Source: the human T2T-CHM13v2.0 reference genome, Homo sapiens
DNA: 64,000 bases
Assembly (NCBI RefSeq): GCF_009914755.1
Contig: NC_060929.1
Reading direction: 5' to 3' (one strand)
Shown: piece after piece, positions 16,545 to 32,499 of the stretch
Layout: the number at the start of each line of letters is the position of its first letter
Numbering within the stretch: the stretch's first letter is position 1
The notes under the pieces: generated by a model
The model's database searches: none
What the model was told of the DNA's origin: nothing
Seen by the model: the letters and a program-made list of their open reading frames with translations, nothing else
Translations under genes and position numbers: made by a program

Positions 16545-16832
16545 CCTGTAATCCCAGCACTTTGGGAGGCCGAGGCAGGCGGATCATTTGAGGTGAGGAG
16601 TTCAAGACTAGCCTGGCCAACATGGTAAAACCCTATTTCTACTAAAAATACAAAAATTATCCAGGTGGTGGTGGCACACACCTGTAATCCCAAGTACTCA
16701 GGAGCCTGAGGCAGGAGAATCACTTGAGCTTGGGAGGCAGAAGTTGCAGTGAGCCAAGATTGTACCACTGCACTCCCGCCTGGGCGACAGAATGAAACTC
16801 CATCTCAAAAAAAAAAAAAAAAAAAAAGAAAA
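16545..16832 (+). mobile_element. AluSx-like, 5'-truncated
   Basis: Starts at cctgtaatccc; dimeric body; A tail. Confidence 0.93.
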
Positions 16833-17054
16833 CATTTAAGCTATTGTGCAAACCAGCACAGAAATAGAATTCTACAAAGTGAAAGGAATGAGCACATAGT
16901 TAATCAATAAAGGTGATGAGTTCTGCAAAACATAGAGTAGAGCTTCAGTACTAATATTTCAGGTTTGACAATAGCTAGTAACAATGTGGTCTCCACTGGA
17001 ATACACAAATTAACTTTTTTAGTATTGTAGAGTGTATCACAATGTTTATGTTTG

Positions 17055-17245
17055 GAAAGTGCCTGAGTTCAAATCCTGGCTTCTCTACTCATTACTTTAA
17101 AGACAAGAAATTTATGTAGTTGCTCTCTGTTTTCATCTGTGAAATGGAGGAAATATTATTATCTGCCTCATCTAGTTATTTTTAGGATTAAGATACTATT
17201 TGTGAATCACTTAGCACATTGACTGGCCCATAGCAGGAGCTTATT
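17055..17245 (+). mobile_element. MIR SINE
   Basis: cctgagttcaaatcctggct, tcatctgtgaaatgg, cacttagcaca motifs. Confidence 0.75.
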
Positions 17246-18204
17246 AAGGACAGTATAATTGCTATTAGGAGAATTTTTTTCTTCCCTGCCTAAATAAGGA
17301 CTACTGGCAAATACCCAATTAATATTATTTCTGAAATGTAAATGATATGTATAGTAATATGTCCTTTGATTACTGGATTGCCAGTCACTGATATTTTGAG
17401 GTTCTTTCTAATTTCCTCTTTCAATCCCTTAGAAAGACTTTTTAGGCCTTATAGAGATTTAACATTTCCTTCAAACCATGAGTTGTTTGGCTATAATATA
17501 TTCTACAAGTTTAACTGAGCACCTGCCATATTCCAGGAACTAAAGCAGTAATATTGCTTTACATATAATTTTTCTACATGTACCAAAACAACAAATTCCT
17601 TGGTAATAACCAAAAAGTTAATTTAAAATTAAAATGAATGGTTTAAAGAATGCAACTAAAAACTATAAAACTTTGTAAGACATTATTATCTCTTTCATTG
17701 TCAAGACACAAATTTACCTATTTAGATTTCTTTTAATAATATGTATGGAATTTCAGGTTATAACATCATAGCACCAACAAATAGATTATTACAGTGATAT
17801 GTGTCTTAAGCAGTAAGACTGTATTGCATCAAGGAATTTCGCATATGTGGAAATATAAGCCACATAGGTCCATAATTTAAGAAATATCGAGACATTTATC
17901 AGTGCTTCCTTTCACCAGTATGACATTGTGCTATTGTTTGCATGTAAAATTATCAGCCACTAACAGTTTGAAAAACCCTTTCAGTTGTATCCAACAAAGA
18001 ATTCCGTTGGAAAAGAAATGACATGCAAAGAATGTTCAGTATATATTGGATAGTAAGATGTAGGAATGAGAAAGTGTGGAAATGCATGAACTGTGATATA
18101 TTTCCTTATTTATTCCTGTCACTTAAATTCCCCAACTATTCTCTCAAACTTAATAACAAAACATATCCTGACCTTTAACAACTTTCAAGGCTGAAATGTT
18201 AACC

Positions 18205-18396
18205 AACATTTTGCAAAATTCTTTAAACACTTCCTCTGGAAAACACACAGCTCAAAGTGCTAAAATTGTCTTCTATAATAACCACAACAGGATCGTAACA
18301 AACCTGCTTTTAAAAACCAAATAAAGTCTTCCGTGGGGGCGGTTCACCACTTCCCCTTTTTCAACATGCAGGAACTAATTTAGCTGAGAAGATAAA
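18205..18396. promoter_or_regulatory. Putative haematopoietic/myeloid enhancer motif cluster
   Basis: PU.1-type CACTTCCTCT 18228-18237 and CACTTCCCCTTTT 18348-18360; RUNX AACCACA 18280-18286; C/EBP-like TTTTGCAAAAT about 18209-18219; GC box GGGGGCGG 18335-18342; AGATAA 18390-18395. Confidence 0.45.
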
Positions 18397-19720
18397 AGCA
18401 AGAGCTGCCTACATATGTACAAGGAAACTAGATCCTAGAACATAAAATTCCTCAGGGGCAGGGTGGTCTGGGCAGTTTTCAGTAAAAAGAGCTTTCTCTG
18501 ACTTAGAATGTCACAAATGGAAGGAAAGGAGTCAGAAACATGTATGTATTTGCATTGAAGCAGACAGAAGAAGGGACAGAGGCACCCAAAACTACTTTCA
18601 GTTGTAACTATTTATGTGTTTTCCAATTATGTAATTTTATGCCCATTTTCAATTTAATGTCAATATAAAGATACTTAAGAATTCAAGACTAAGATGAAAG
18701 GCTACTCTCAAACCACCACAGTATCAGAAAAGTAAAGAGCCTAGAGTTTCTGTCAGAGGACCATACCCTCCCCTCCTTTCATAGGAAGAACTCATGAAAT
18801 ACTATCTCTTCCATAAACCCTTCACTCTTTCAGAAAGGTAGTCATTTATTACCATCCTAGGAGGTCTAAACATGCATGTAGGATGTGGTCTTCTCACCAG
18901 AAATCCCATAAAGTACATTCAGTTTGTTACTCATGTATAACTTCCCAACTTCATTTTTGTACTTATTCAACTTACTGGTTATCTACTTGATTATACGTCT
19001 GTGGGATATATTCAATGGACTCTGGTATATTATAAACTGCAAGAGTATAGGGCACAAGCCTCATTAGCTCAACATGTATATTTGCTAACAGTATCTTCAT
19101 GTAATAAATGTTCTGTAGTTTTTAATATAATGACAAGAATAGAGGGATATACAAATACATAGAGGGTAGACTCTGGCCATCCATCCATCGCTCTTACTGA
19201 GAGGTTTTATGAGATTATCACCCAACAGCATGTGTCCCATCAGTTTTTCTATAGACTTTAAAAATTTTTTTTGCAAATATATGAGAGTCAAAAGCAATAA
19301 GTACTATTATCCTTTAAATACAAGAAAAAAGTGTGCTCAAAATGTGTCTTCATTAGTGATGCTTACATGTTTGAATACTATTTGGTGACATTATTTACTC
19401 CTCTATTACTGTCACACAAATTATTTTTGAAAGGTGAAATTTAAGTACCAAATTAGGAGAAAATGTACATGCAAAATTTGATCATGTGAGAACATACATG
19501 CCTAGGCAGAAATAGGAAGTCAATTATGTATATAGTATGAATTTTCCCCTTTCTTAAAATTCCATATATATTCAGAACCCATGACTTCTTATTGACATAT
19601 CAATGTAATATATCATCATATTTTCCTTCTATCTTCTTCATAAAATTTTTTCTGTACTGGATTCCATTGTATCAAATCATTGGGTTTTTTATCTATATAT
19701 TTAATTTCCTCAGTACTCAC

Positions 19721-19860
19721 TCTATAGAAATACATTTGTCTTTTAATTGGTGTTTTAGGGCATAATTTCTTAACCCAAGAAATTCTGGAATCTTTCAAAC
19801 TGTGTCAGCTTTCTGTTACTGATATATCTATTTGGCTTTAGATATGAGTGTATGGCTTGC
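19721..19860 (-). other. Candidate internal exon
   Basis: Donor AGA|gtgagt at 19720. Acceptor cttag| at 19861 has an upstream pyrimidine tract, but the frame stops. A weaker acceptor cacag| at 19800 gives the open frame LKDSRISWVKKLCPKTPIKRQMYFYR, phase 0 out. Confidence 0.4.
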
Positions 19861-20279
19861 CTAAGTATTTTTGTACAGGTAAAAAAGTGAAGAAAAAAAA
19901 CACAATCAATTGGTTGTTTTATGCAGCTAAACAGCCACTTCAACTCTCCCATTCTGATAAAGGGGGTCATAAATTGTGACCCTCCACAATTTAAAACATG
20001 ACAAAATCAGACTATTTTATTTGGTCTTAACATTTTTATTGTCTTGGCTACATCAATATCAATGACAATGAGAAAAATTGGGCAATTCTTTTCTTTCCCC
20101 AGTCTCATTCCTTCCCTGTTGTTGGAGGGAGACTTGCAGAGAAGTAAAGAACTGTCAACTTGGGCACCTTCCAGGGCTATAAAAGGGACCACCCATTAAA
20201 GCATAATGTTCTCCCTCTCTCATTCTGGTAAATTCTAAGCAAGAGAAAACACTTTCTACTCTGCACAAAAACAGGTCTT

Positions 20280-20864
20280 GCTGTTTTTTTAAATGGCCGC
20301 AAATTTTCCCTCTCCCCACATCCGTGTTTTTTTCTCGTAACTTTGTAGATCCTCCCATTAATAGAGGTAGCCTTTTTCTCCACCCCTTAAATCTAGGTTG
20401 GCTGTTTGACTTGCGTTACTCAAGGATACTTACTTCAGCAAGTGACACAAGGAGAGGGTTGAAAAGTGCTTGCACTTTGGGACTTGCCTTCTGGTTGTTC
20501 TGGGAACCCATCAGCTGCCATGTATATAAGTCCTTCTGAATAAGCATGCTGGAGGCTGAGAATAGGCTTGCTGGAGGATGGGATGTGAACAGTTGTGCTA
20601 GCTGATGAGAGACATGTCACCTAGGCTGTCCTATCACCCCACATAACAAGGAGCTAACTACCTGACATGTGAAACTGTGCCCCAATCAAGCTGACAACTG
20701 ACATCAGACACAGAAGTGAGAACCCATAAGCTGCAATCAGGAGCAAAGTGACCAGATAATCCCAGCCCAAATCACCAACACACAGAATCATAAGCTAAAT
20801 AAACAGCTGTTTTAAGCCACTAAGTTTTGTTCTAGTTTGTAATTCAGTAAAAGCCTACTGGTAC
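20280..20864 (+). mobile_element. MLT1 (MaLR) solo LTR, MLT1F/G/H-like
   Basis: aaatggccgcaaatt near the 5' end; 3' gttttaagccactaagttttg...tttgt...taca. Confidence 0.75.
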
Positions 20865-22090
20865 ACTGACTCCACAGGAAGGAAACTGGGATTTGTTTAT
20901 TAAAGAAAATTTATTTTTCAATATGGGTTTGAACTTTGCTACTCCTGATTGTTAATATTTGTCTTTGGGAGAGGTACATATGTTTGCTCTCAGGATGTTA
21001 TAGTTTAATAAATGTCTGTAGTTCACATTTCCTTAATTGTCTAAAAGAAAATTCAGCATGGAAGAGGGTGGTTCCAAGATGGCCAAATAGGAACAGCTCC
21101 ACTCTACAGCTCCCAGCGTGAGCAACGCAGAAGATGTGTGATTTCTGCATTTCCAACTGAGGTACCACGTTCATCTCACTGGGGCTTGTCAGACAGTGGG
21201 TGTAGGACAGTGGGTGCAGCCCAGTGAGCATGAGCGAAAGCAGGATGAGGCATCGCCTCACTTGGGAAGTGCAAGGGGTCAGAGAATTCCCTTTCCTAGC
21301 CAAGGGAAGCTGTGACAGATGGCACCTGGAAAATCGGGTCACTCCCACCCTAATACTGCACTTTTCCAACAGTCTTAGCAAACAGCACACCAGGAGATTA
21401 TATCCTGCGCCTGGTTCAGAGGGTCCCATGCCCACAGATCCTCACTCATTGCTAGCACAGCAGTCTGAGATCAAACTGCAAGGCGGCAGCAAGCCTGGGT
21501 GAGGGGCATCCGCCATTGCTGAGGCTTGAGTAGGTAAACAAAGCGTCCAGGAAGCTTGAACTGGGTGGAGCCCGCCGCAGCTCAAGGAGGACTGCCTGCC
21601 TCTGTAGACTCCACCTCTGGGGGCAGGGCATAGCCAAACAAAAGGGAGCAGAAACCTCTGCAGACTTAAATGTCCCTGTCTGACAGCTTTGAGGAGAGTA
21701 GTGGTTCTCCCAGCACGGAGTTTGAGATCTGAAAACAGTCAGACTGCCTCCTCAAGTGGTCCCTGACCCCCAAGTAGCCTAACTGGGAGGCACCCTCCAG
21801 TAGGGGCAGACTGACACCTCACATGGCCGGGTACCCCTCTGAGACGAAGCTTCCAGAGGAACGATCAGGCAGCAACATTTGATGTTCAGCAATATTTGCT
21901 GTTCTGCAGCCTCCACTGCTGGTACCCAGGCAAACAGTGTCTGGAGTGGACCTCCAGCAAACTCCAACAGATCTGCAGCTGAGGATCCTGACTGTTAGAA
22001 GGAAAACTAACAAACAAAAAGGACATCCACACCAAAACCCCATCTGTACGTCACCATCATCAAAGACCAAAGGTAGATAAAACCACAAAG

Positions 22091-23102
22091 ATGGGGAAAA
22101 AACAGAGCAGAAAAGCTGAAAATTCTAAAAATCAGAGCACCTCTCCCCCTCCAAAGGAATGCAGCTCCTCACCAGCAACAGAACAAAGCTGGATGGAGAA
22201 TGACTTTGACGAGTTGAGAGAAGACTTCAGTCTATCAAACCTCTCCGAGCTAAAGGAGGAAGTTCGAAACCATCACAAAGAAGCTAAAAACCTTGAAAAA
22301 AGATTAGATGAATGGCTAACTAGAATAACCAGTGTAGAGAAGTCCTTAAATGACCAGATGGAGCTGAAAACCATGGCGTGAGAACTACATGATGAATGCA
22401 CAAGCTTCAGTAGCCGATTCGATCAACTGGAAGAAAGGGTATCAGTGATTGAAGATCAAATGAATAAAATGAAACAAGAAGAGAAGTTTAGAGAAAAAAG
22501 AGGAAAAAGAAATGAACAAAGCCTCCAAGAAATATGGGACTATGTGAAAAGACCAAATCTACGTCTGATTGGTGTACCTGAAAGTGACGGAGAGAATTGA
22601 ACCAAGCTGGAAAACACTCTGCAGGATATTATCCAGGAGTACTTCCCCAACCTAGCAAGGCAGGCCAACATTCAAATCAGGAAATACAGAGAATGCCACA
22701 AAGATATTCCCGAGAAGAGCAACTCCAAGATACATAATTGTCAGATTCACCAAAGTTGAAATGAAAGAAAAAATGTTAAGGGCAGTCAGAGAGAAAGGTC
22801 GGGTTATCCACAAAGGGAAGCCCATCAGAATAACAGTGGATCTCTTGGCAGAAACTCTACAAGCCAGAAGAGAGTGGTGGCCAATATTCAACATTCTTAA
22901 AGAAAAGAATTTTCAACCCAGAATTTCATATCCAGCCAAATCAAGCTTCGTTAGTGAAGGAGAAATAAAATCCTTTACAGACAAGCAAATGCTGAAAGAT
23001 TTTGTCACCACCAGGCCTGCTCTGCAAGAGCTCCTGAAGAAAGCATTAAACATGGAAAGGAACAACTGGTACCAGCCACTGCAAAAACATGCCAAACTGT
23101 AA
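22091..23102 (+). pseudogene. L1 ORF1p, disrupted
   Basis: MGKKQSRK...QPLQKHAKL; premature TGA at 22379-22381 and a frameshift near 22675. Confidence 0.93.
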
Positions 23103-23162
23103 AGATCTTCGATGCTAGGAAGCAACTGCATCAACTAATGAGCAAAATAACCAGCTAACATC

Positions 23163-26992
<3,830 letters not shown>

Positions 26993-27809
26993 GCAATGAG
27001 AACACTTGGACACAGGAAGGGGAACATCACACACCGGGGCCTGTTGTGGGGTGGAGTTAGAGGGAGGGATAGCATTAGGAGATATACCTAATGTAAATGA
27101 CGAGTTATTGGGTGCAGCACACCAACATGGCACATGTATACATCTGTAACAAACCAGCACGTTGTGCACATGTACCCTAGAACTTAAAGTATAATAAAAA
27201 AAAAAAAAAAAAGAAAATTCAGCATGGAAAATGCATCTACCTTGGACCAAAGAATAAGAAAACTGGTGGCCACAATACAGGCTTAGGTTTCAACTATCTC
27301 TGACCATCCTAAGGACCCTAGAAGCTCTTCTCCAGATGTGCTCTTCTCAGACTGCACAAATGTAGGAAGAAGGAATTGGACACAGAACAGAAGCCTTCCT
27401 GCAAGTGGAATGGCAATTCATGAGAGAGGTGGTTGGAGATGATCACAGAGAGAATTGGAGGAGATGCTGGAAAGAGGGCAAGTAGAATCAACTAGGACTT
27501 GGGAAATTCTCATTAAATTTACCTTGTGAATTACTTAGGTACATTTTCTCTGGTTCTCTGGGAAAAGTCCTATTTAACATGGTTTTAAACATTTACTCTT
27601 CTACCTTATAATTCCCTTTTGAAATTATTATAAACATGGTGTGATAACCATGAAAGGACTGCTAAGAGCAGCTGGAAAATAATGCATGTCCCTGAAGAAG
27701 ACTCAGGACAGACAGCTAGACAACTCTCTTCACTCCTCCTCCACCAAACAATAGAGGAGGCTGACTTCTAAAAGAAGCAGGACAATATTCGGGTTTCAAA
27801 ACCTAGAAA

Positions 27810-28691
27810 TATATCTCCCAATGCTATCCCTCCCCCCTCCCCCCACCCCACAACAGTCCCCAGAGTGTGATGTTCCCCTTCCTGTGTCCATGTGATCTCA
27901 TTGTTCAATTCCCACCTATGAGTGAGAATATGCGGTGTTTGGTTTTTTGTTCTTGCGATAGTTTACTGAGAATGATGGTTTCCAATTTCATCCATGTCCC
28001 TACAAAGGACATGAACTCATCATTTTTTATGGATGCATAGTATTCCATGGTGTATATGTGCCACATTTTCTTAATCCAGTCTATCATTGTTGGACATTTG
28101 GGTTGGTTCCAAGTCTTTGCTATTGTGAATAATGCTGCAATAAACATACGTGTGCATGTGTCTTTATAGCAGCATGATTTATAGTCCTTTGGGTATATAC
28201 CCAGTAATGGGATGGCTGGGTCAAATGGTATTTCTAGTTCTAGATCCCTGAGGAATCGCCACACTGACTTCCACAATGGTTGAACTAGTTTACAGTCCCA
28301 CCAACAGTGTAAAAGTGTTCCTATTTCTCCACATCCTCTCCAGCACCTGTTGTTTCCTGACTTTTTAATGATTGCCATTCTAACTGGTGTGAGATGGTAT
28401 CTCATTGTGGTTTTGATTTGCATTTCTCTGATGGCCAGTGATGATGAGCATTTTTTCATGTGTTTTTTGGCTGCATAAATGTCTTCTTTTGAGAAGTGTC
28501 TGTTCATGTCCTTTGCCCACTTTTTGATGGGGTTGTTTGTTTTTTTCTTGTAAATTTGTTGGAGTTCATTGTATTGCTAAATGACAAGTTAGTGGGTGCA
28601 GCGCACCAGCATGGCACATGTATACATATGTAACTAACCTGCACAATGTGCACATGTACCCTAAAACTTAAAGTATAATAATAAAAAAAAA
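27810..28691 (+). mobile_element. 5'-truncated, 5'-inverted young L1 (L1PA2-like)
   Basis: 27810-28573 is antisense L1 (ORF2 C-terminus/3'UTR); 28575-28691 is the sense 3' end plus A tail. Young-type bases: gagatcacatgg, aaattggaaacc, cgcatattctc, ttagtgggtgcagcgcaccagc. Confidence 0.93.
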
Positions 28692-29246
28692 TGGCACACC
28701 AAAGGGATCAAGTTAAATTAATTAATTAGTAAAATAAATAGAACTTTGTAGATTGGGTTCTCATCAAACCTCTAGAATGTTCTCTCTTTTTCTTATTCAC
28801 TATCTTTTAATCTTTAATACAGTATGAATAGTAATGAAATAACAAAATTAAAGTCAAGATTGACATCAAAATTAAAATCAGAGTTACTCTGCCCTGACTG
28901 CTAGGACAATTGTTTTTGACAGATCACAGTTAACTGATCCCCAAACTTTGTGTAGGGATTGACATTATTATCAGTTTCAGTATTTCAGACTGTGACATGC
29001 TAGCAGATCAAATTTCCAGAGAGTGAGAAGATCTGCATATGAAGCCGGCCAAGAAGACATAAATACTTTTTCATAAATAACTTGTGTTTGCTTGGAGACA
29101 TAAAAAGACTGGAGCAGGCCGTGGCATCTCACAGTGATGGCTCAAGAAAAATTATGTCTCTCCTTCCCCAAGACCCTTTGCTTGTTGTTGATGTTATCTC
29201 TTAACAACCCCTACAGAGACAGTGGGCTTTCTAAAGTCACTGTAGA

Positions 29247-29556
29247 GCCAGGTGCGGTGACTCACGCTTGTAATCTCAGCACTTTGGGAGGCTGAGGCTG
29301 GTGGATCATCTGAGGTCAGGAGTTTGAGACCAGCCTGGCCAACATGGCAAAACCCGATCTCTACTAAAAATACAAAAATTAGCTGGGCGTGGTGGTGGTG
29401 GGTGCCTGTAATCCCAGATACTCGGGGAGGTTGAGGCAGGAGAATCACTTTAACCCGGGAGGCAGAGGTTGCAGTGAGTCGAGATGGTGCCACTGCACTC
29501 CAGCCTGGGCGACGAGAGCAAAACTCTGTCTCCAAAAAAATAGAAATAAAAATAAA
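29247..29556 (+). mobile_element. AluSq/Sx-like
   Basis: TSD taaagtcactgtaga at 29232-29246 and 29557-29571. Confidence 0.94.
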
Positions 29557-30540
29557 TAAAGTCACTGTAGAACCTGTCATCTTATGCTAGAAATAAATAT
29601 ATGTGTCTGCTTTGCCAAAAACAAAAACAAAAACAAAAAAACGTAGAAATACACAAAGGTGCCTGGAGTCAAGAATTATTCAGAAGATACTTAATAAACA
29701 AAATCTCTTTTAAGCAAGCTCCAGTTGTACTCCTGAAATAATCACTTTGAAAGGATTCCTGGTTGCAAGTTGGAGACGTTAATGGAAATGAAATACTAAA
29801 CCACTATGTAGCTAATTTCATCTTTTGACGTTCCTTAAATAAGGGTCCCCTTTTCTCCTGAAACACTATTTTCCTTCTAGTCTTATTGGTATTTTCAAAC
29901 ACACACCTTCTGGTAGACTGCAAGCCATCCAAATGAAAGAGTTATGTGCTAGCCACTAATGAATACCCCAAGCACCCAAAACTACACATTACTTTGATTA
30001 GTTGTTCAATATTCTTTTGATTTATTTTAATAAAGTGATGGGTAAATTCCTGAATATTTACACAATCAACAGATACTTAAATTAGATGAATTAAATTAAT
30101 AAGAAAATGGATTTTACTTCGAGAGTAGAGAGAACTATTGAGAGGTTTCAGATACAGTCAGTAAAATCTAGAAAAAAATGAAGTAAGAGGTGGCTTGTTA
30201 AAATAAGTCTCAAACCACTATCCTAGTTGAGGTGTCATTAGTTCAGAAAAGGATCACACAAACACCTAGCTTAATAGCTTATAGGCTTATGAACTTTATT
30301 CACTTTAGTAAGAAAAAGAATCTACCTTTGAAAACAATTTTTAACTATTTCCCCAATGTTAATTTAAAGGCTTTCATGTACATTTAATTTTCTACACTAA
30401 TATAATATATCCAAGACAAAGAAGAACCAGGAGGCACTAAGTTGAAAAAGACAATTCTCAACTATTTCAAAGGGAGAGCAAAGGGATAGTTTCTACATAA
30501 ACATTAATTTCATTCAGTTGATCGCAATATGATATTTTAC

Positions 30541-30649
30541 CTCTCACCTTTCCTCCTCCTTGGAATTTTTGCTCCATCCTTCTTCATGCTTTGGGTAGAA
30601 TCCAAGCCTATCACAAGATTATTAGGAAGGGTTCTGAAAATTCATGCCT
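30541..30649 (-). other. Candidate exon
   Basis: Acceptor ttttctccccctctcatctag|; tandem donors AAG|gtgaga (30548) and GAG|gtaaaa (30541); ATG at 30587 with A at -3 starts MKKDGAKIPRRRK. Confidence 0.38.
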
Positions 30650-32499
30650 CTAGATGAGAGGGGGAGAAAATCTTTCAAAGTCTCAATATTAATTCAGAAT
30701 CTTAATTCTGAATCTGAATTAAGTCATTTAAAAATACTTATATATGTAGCAATCATTTCAGGTTCTTAACAATAAAAATAAAGGCTAAATTATCTTTCTC
30801 AAACAATCTGTAAGATACAGAAACTGATTGGTGCTTATGCATTTTCCTGTCTCTCTAAAATTATAACTTCCCAAACCTTCTGATTTTGTCCCAGAAAGGT
30901 AAATTCAAAGGCCTAGTCTCTTGCCCTTGGCATTAATTTGAGAGATGATGCAGACATCTTCTCAAACATATATTCCTTTCTAACATGTCACAAAGCAGAT
31001 TTAAATGGGTACAACTTCAAAGCCAAGCAAAAAAATTAAACGTTCATACTACAGATTGAACATCTAAAGAGATTTTAAGGAAAGTTCCCTTTGAAAATTC
31101 TGCCCTTGAGAGAGAGTTCGCTTTTCATCACACATTTAGATTTTCATACTTGCTACTTTCACAGAGCATTCTGAAACTATTTCTCCTCTTGTGGTTGTAG
31201 TTTAACACTAGATCTAATAGCAGAAACCACTTTTTTCCGCTTATCTTAAGCAGGAGCGCAATCTGAATAAATTAATTTTATTTCTCTCCTGTTGGGGAAG
31301 TTCAGTCCAAATATCTATAAACAGATTTCCAAGTTGCATCTCCCATATTTAGATTTAAACAGTTCATCCATCACAAATACAGATTTGAAAATTATGTCCA
31401 CAAATCCATTAAAGAAGTTTATTACATTCCATTTTGAATGACTGCAATTTGTTGGAACAGCAAGTAGGAAAACTAAACATGTTTGCATATACCCTGAAAA
31501 ATTACATAATCTGAAAATTCTATTTTACTGGCAATTTAGTAATACATTATACCCATTGCATTTGCAGGAACTATGAAATGTAGCATTTCATAAAATGCTG
31601 AAGTTTTCTGAAATAATAACGTTAGATAGTAGCTTTAAAATTTTGAATAACACTAGCCATAGTCTAGCACCTTGCCCTCTGCTATGTAAGTTAAAGACCA
31701 CAATTTCTCCTAAAGTGGCTTTAATGACATCAGCTGAAATTGTAGCGAAAAAAGAAAAGGAAAGAAGAAAAGCAAATAACAGTGAAATAAATAAATAAAT
31801 CATTCCTGGTTTAACGATGTAAAAACAGTAATGAATTTCCAACTGAAGCGTCTCCAGAGTTAACATAGAACAAAGAAACAAAACTCTGTTACATAGAAAC
31901 ATCTTTTATATTGATGCTATGAAGTGAAAACTAGAAGCCACATGAAGGTAAACTATAAGCAATCGCGGAATCACTAACTGCCTCAATTACATTAAAAAGC
32001 ATTTATTAAATACACTATAGATGACATGGAATGGTCTTAAGAGACATCTGTGAAAGACAGTATCACTTCAGGATGGTTTAAGATAAGCAAATTCCAGTTA
32101 GCTGATATCAGTTATTTTGGACAGGAAAAACATATTGAAAAGCTGTATCATTAAGAGTCAACAGTATTATCTACAAGAAAGATGCTCTGAAAAGTCAGAT
32201 TTTTAAGACTTAGCACTTGCAGTTTATGAAGTGGTAAGAAAGGATTTAAATTTAAAAAAAAAATGTTTATAACAGCTTGAAAGTCAATTGAAAGAACTAG
32301 AATTTATGTAGAGTTCCCTGAAGGGTATTTTGTTTATCTATTTCTAGGATACATGACCTTCAAACTTGTTTTTAGCCATGGAGCCACTTATTCAAATGAA
32401 AAAGATTAGCTCTGATCTCTAGAGCTGCCTTACTGTTGGATAATCTTCCAGTTTCAGACCATGTGCATCCTTAAAATCCCTAATTAAAATTCTCATCGG

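Noticed and set aside
27905-28507. Intact 200-aa ORF, and its twin at 26390-26992
   Set aside because: Both are the L1 ORF2 C-terminal Cys-rich region starting at an internal Met, not host genes.
31572-31592. 9-bp-stem hairpin tatgaaatg-tag-catttcata
   Set aside because: Expected by chance in 64 kb of AT-rich DNA.
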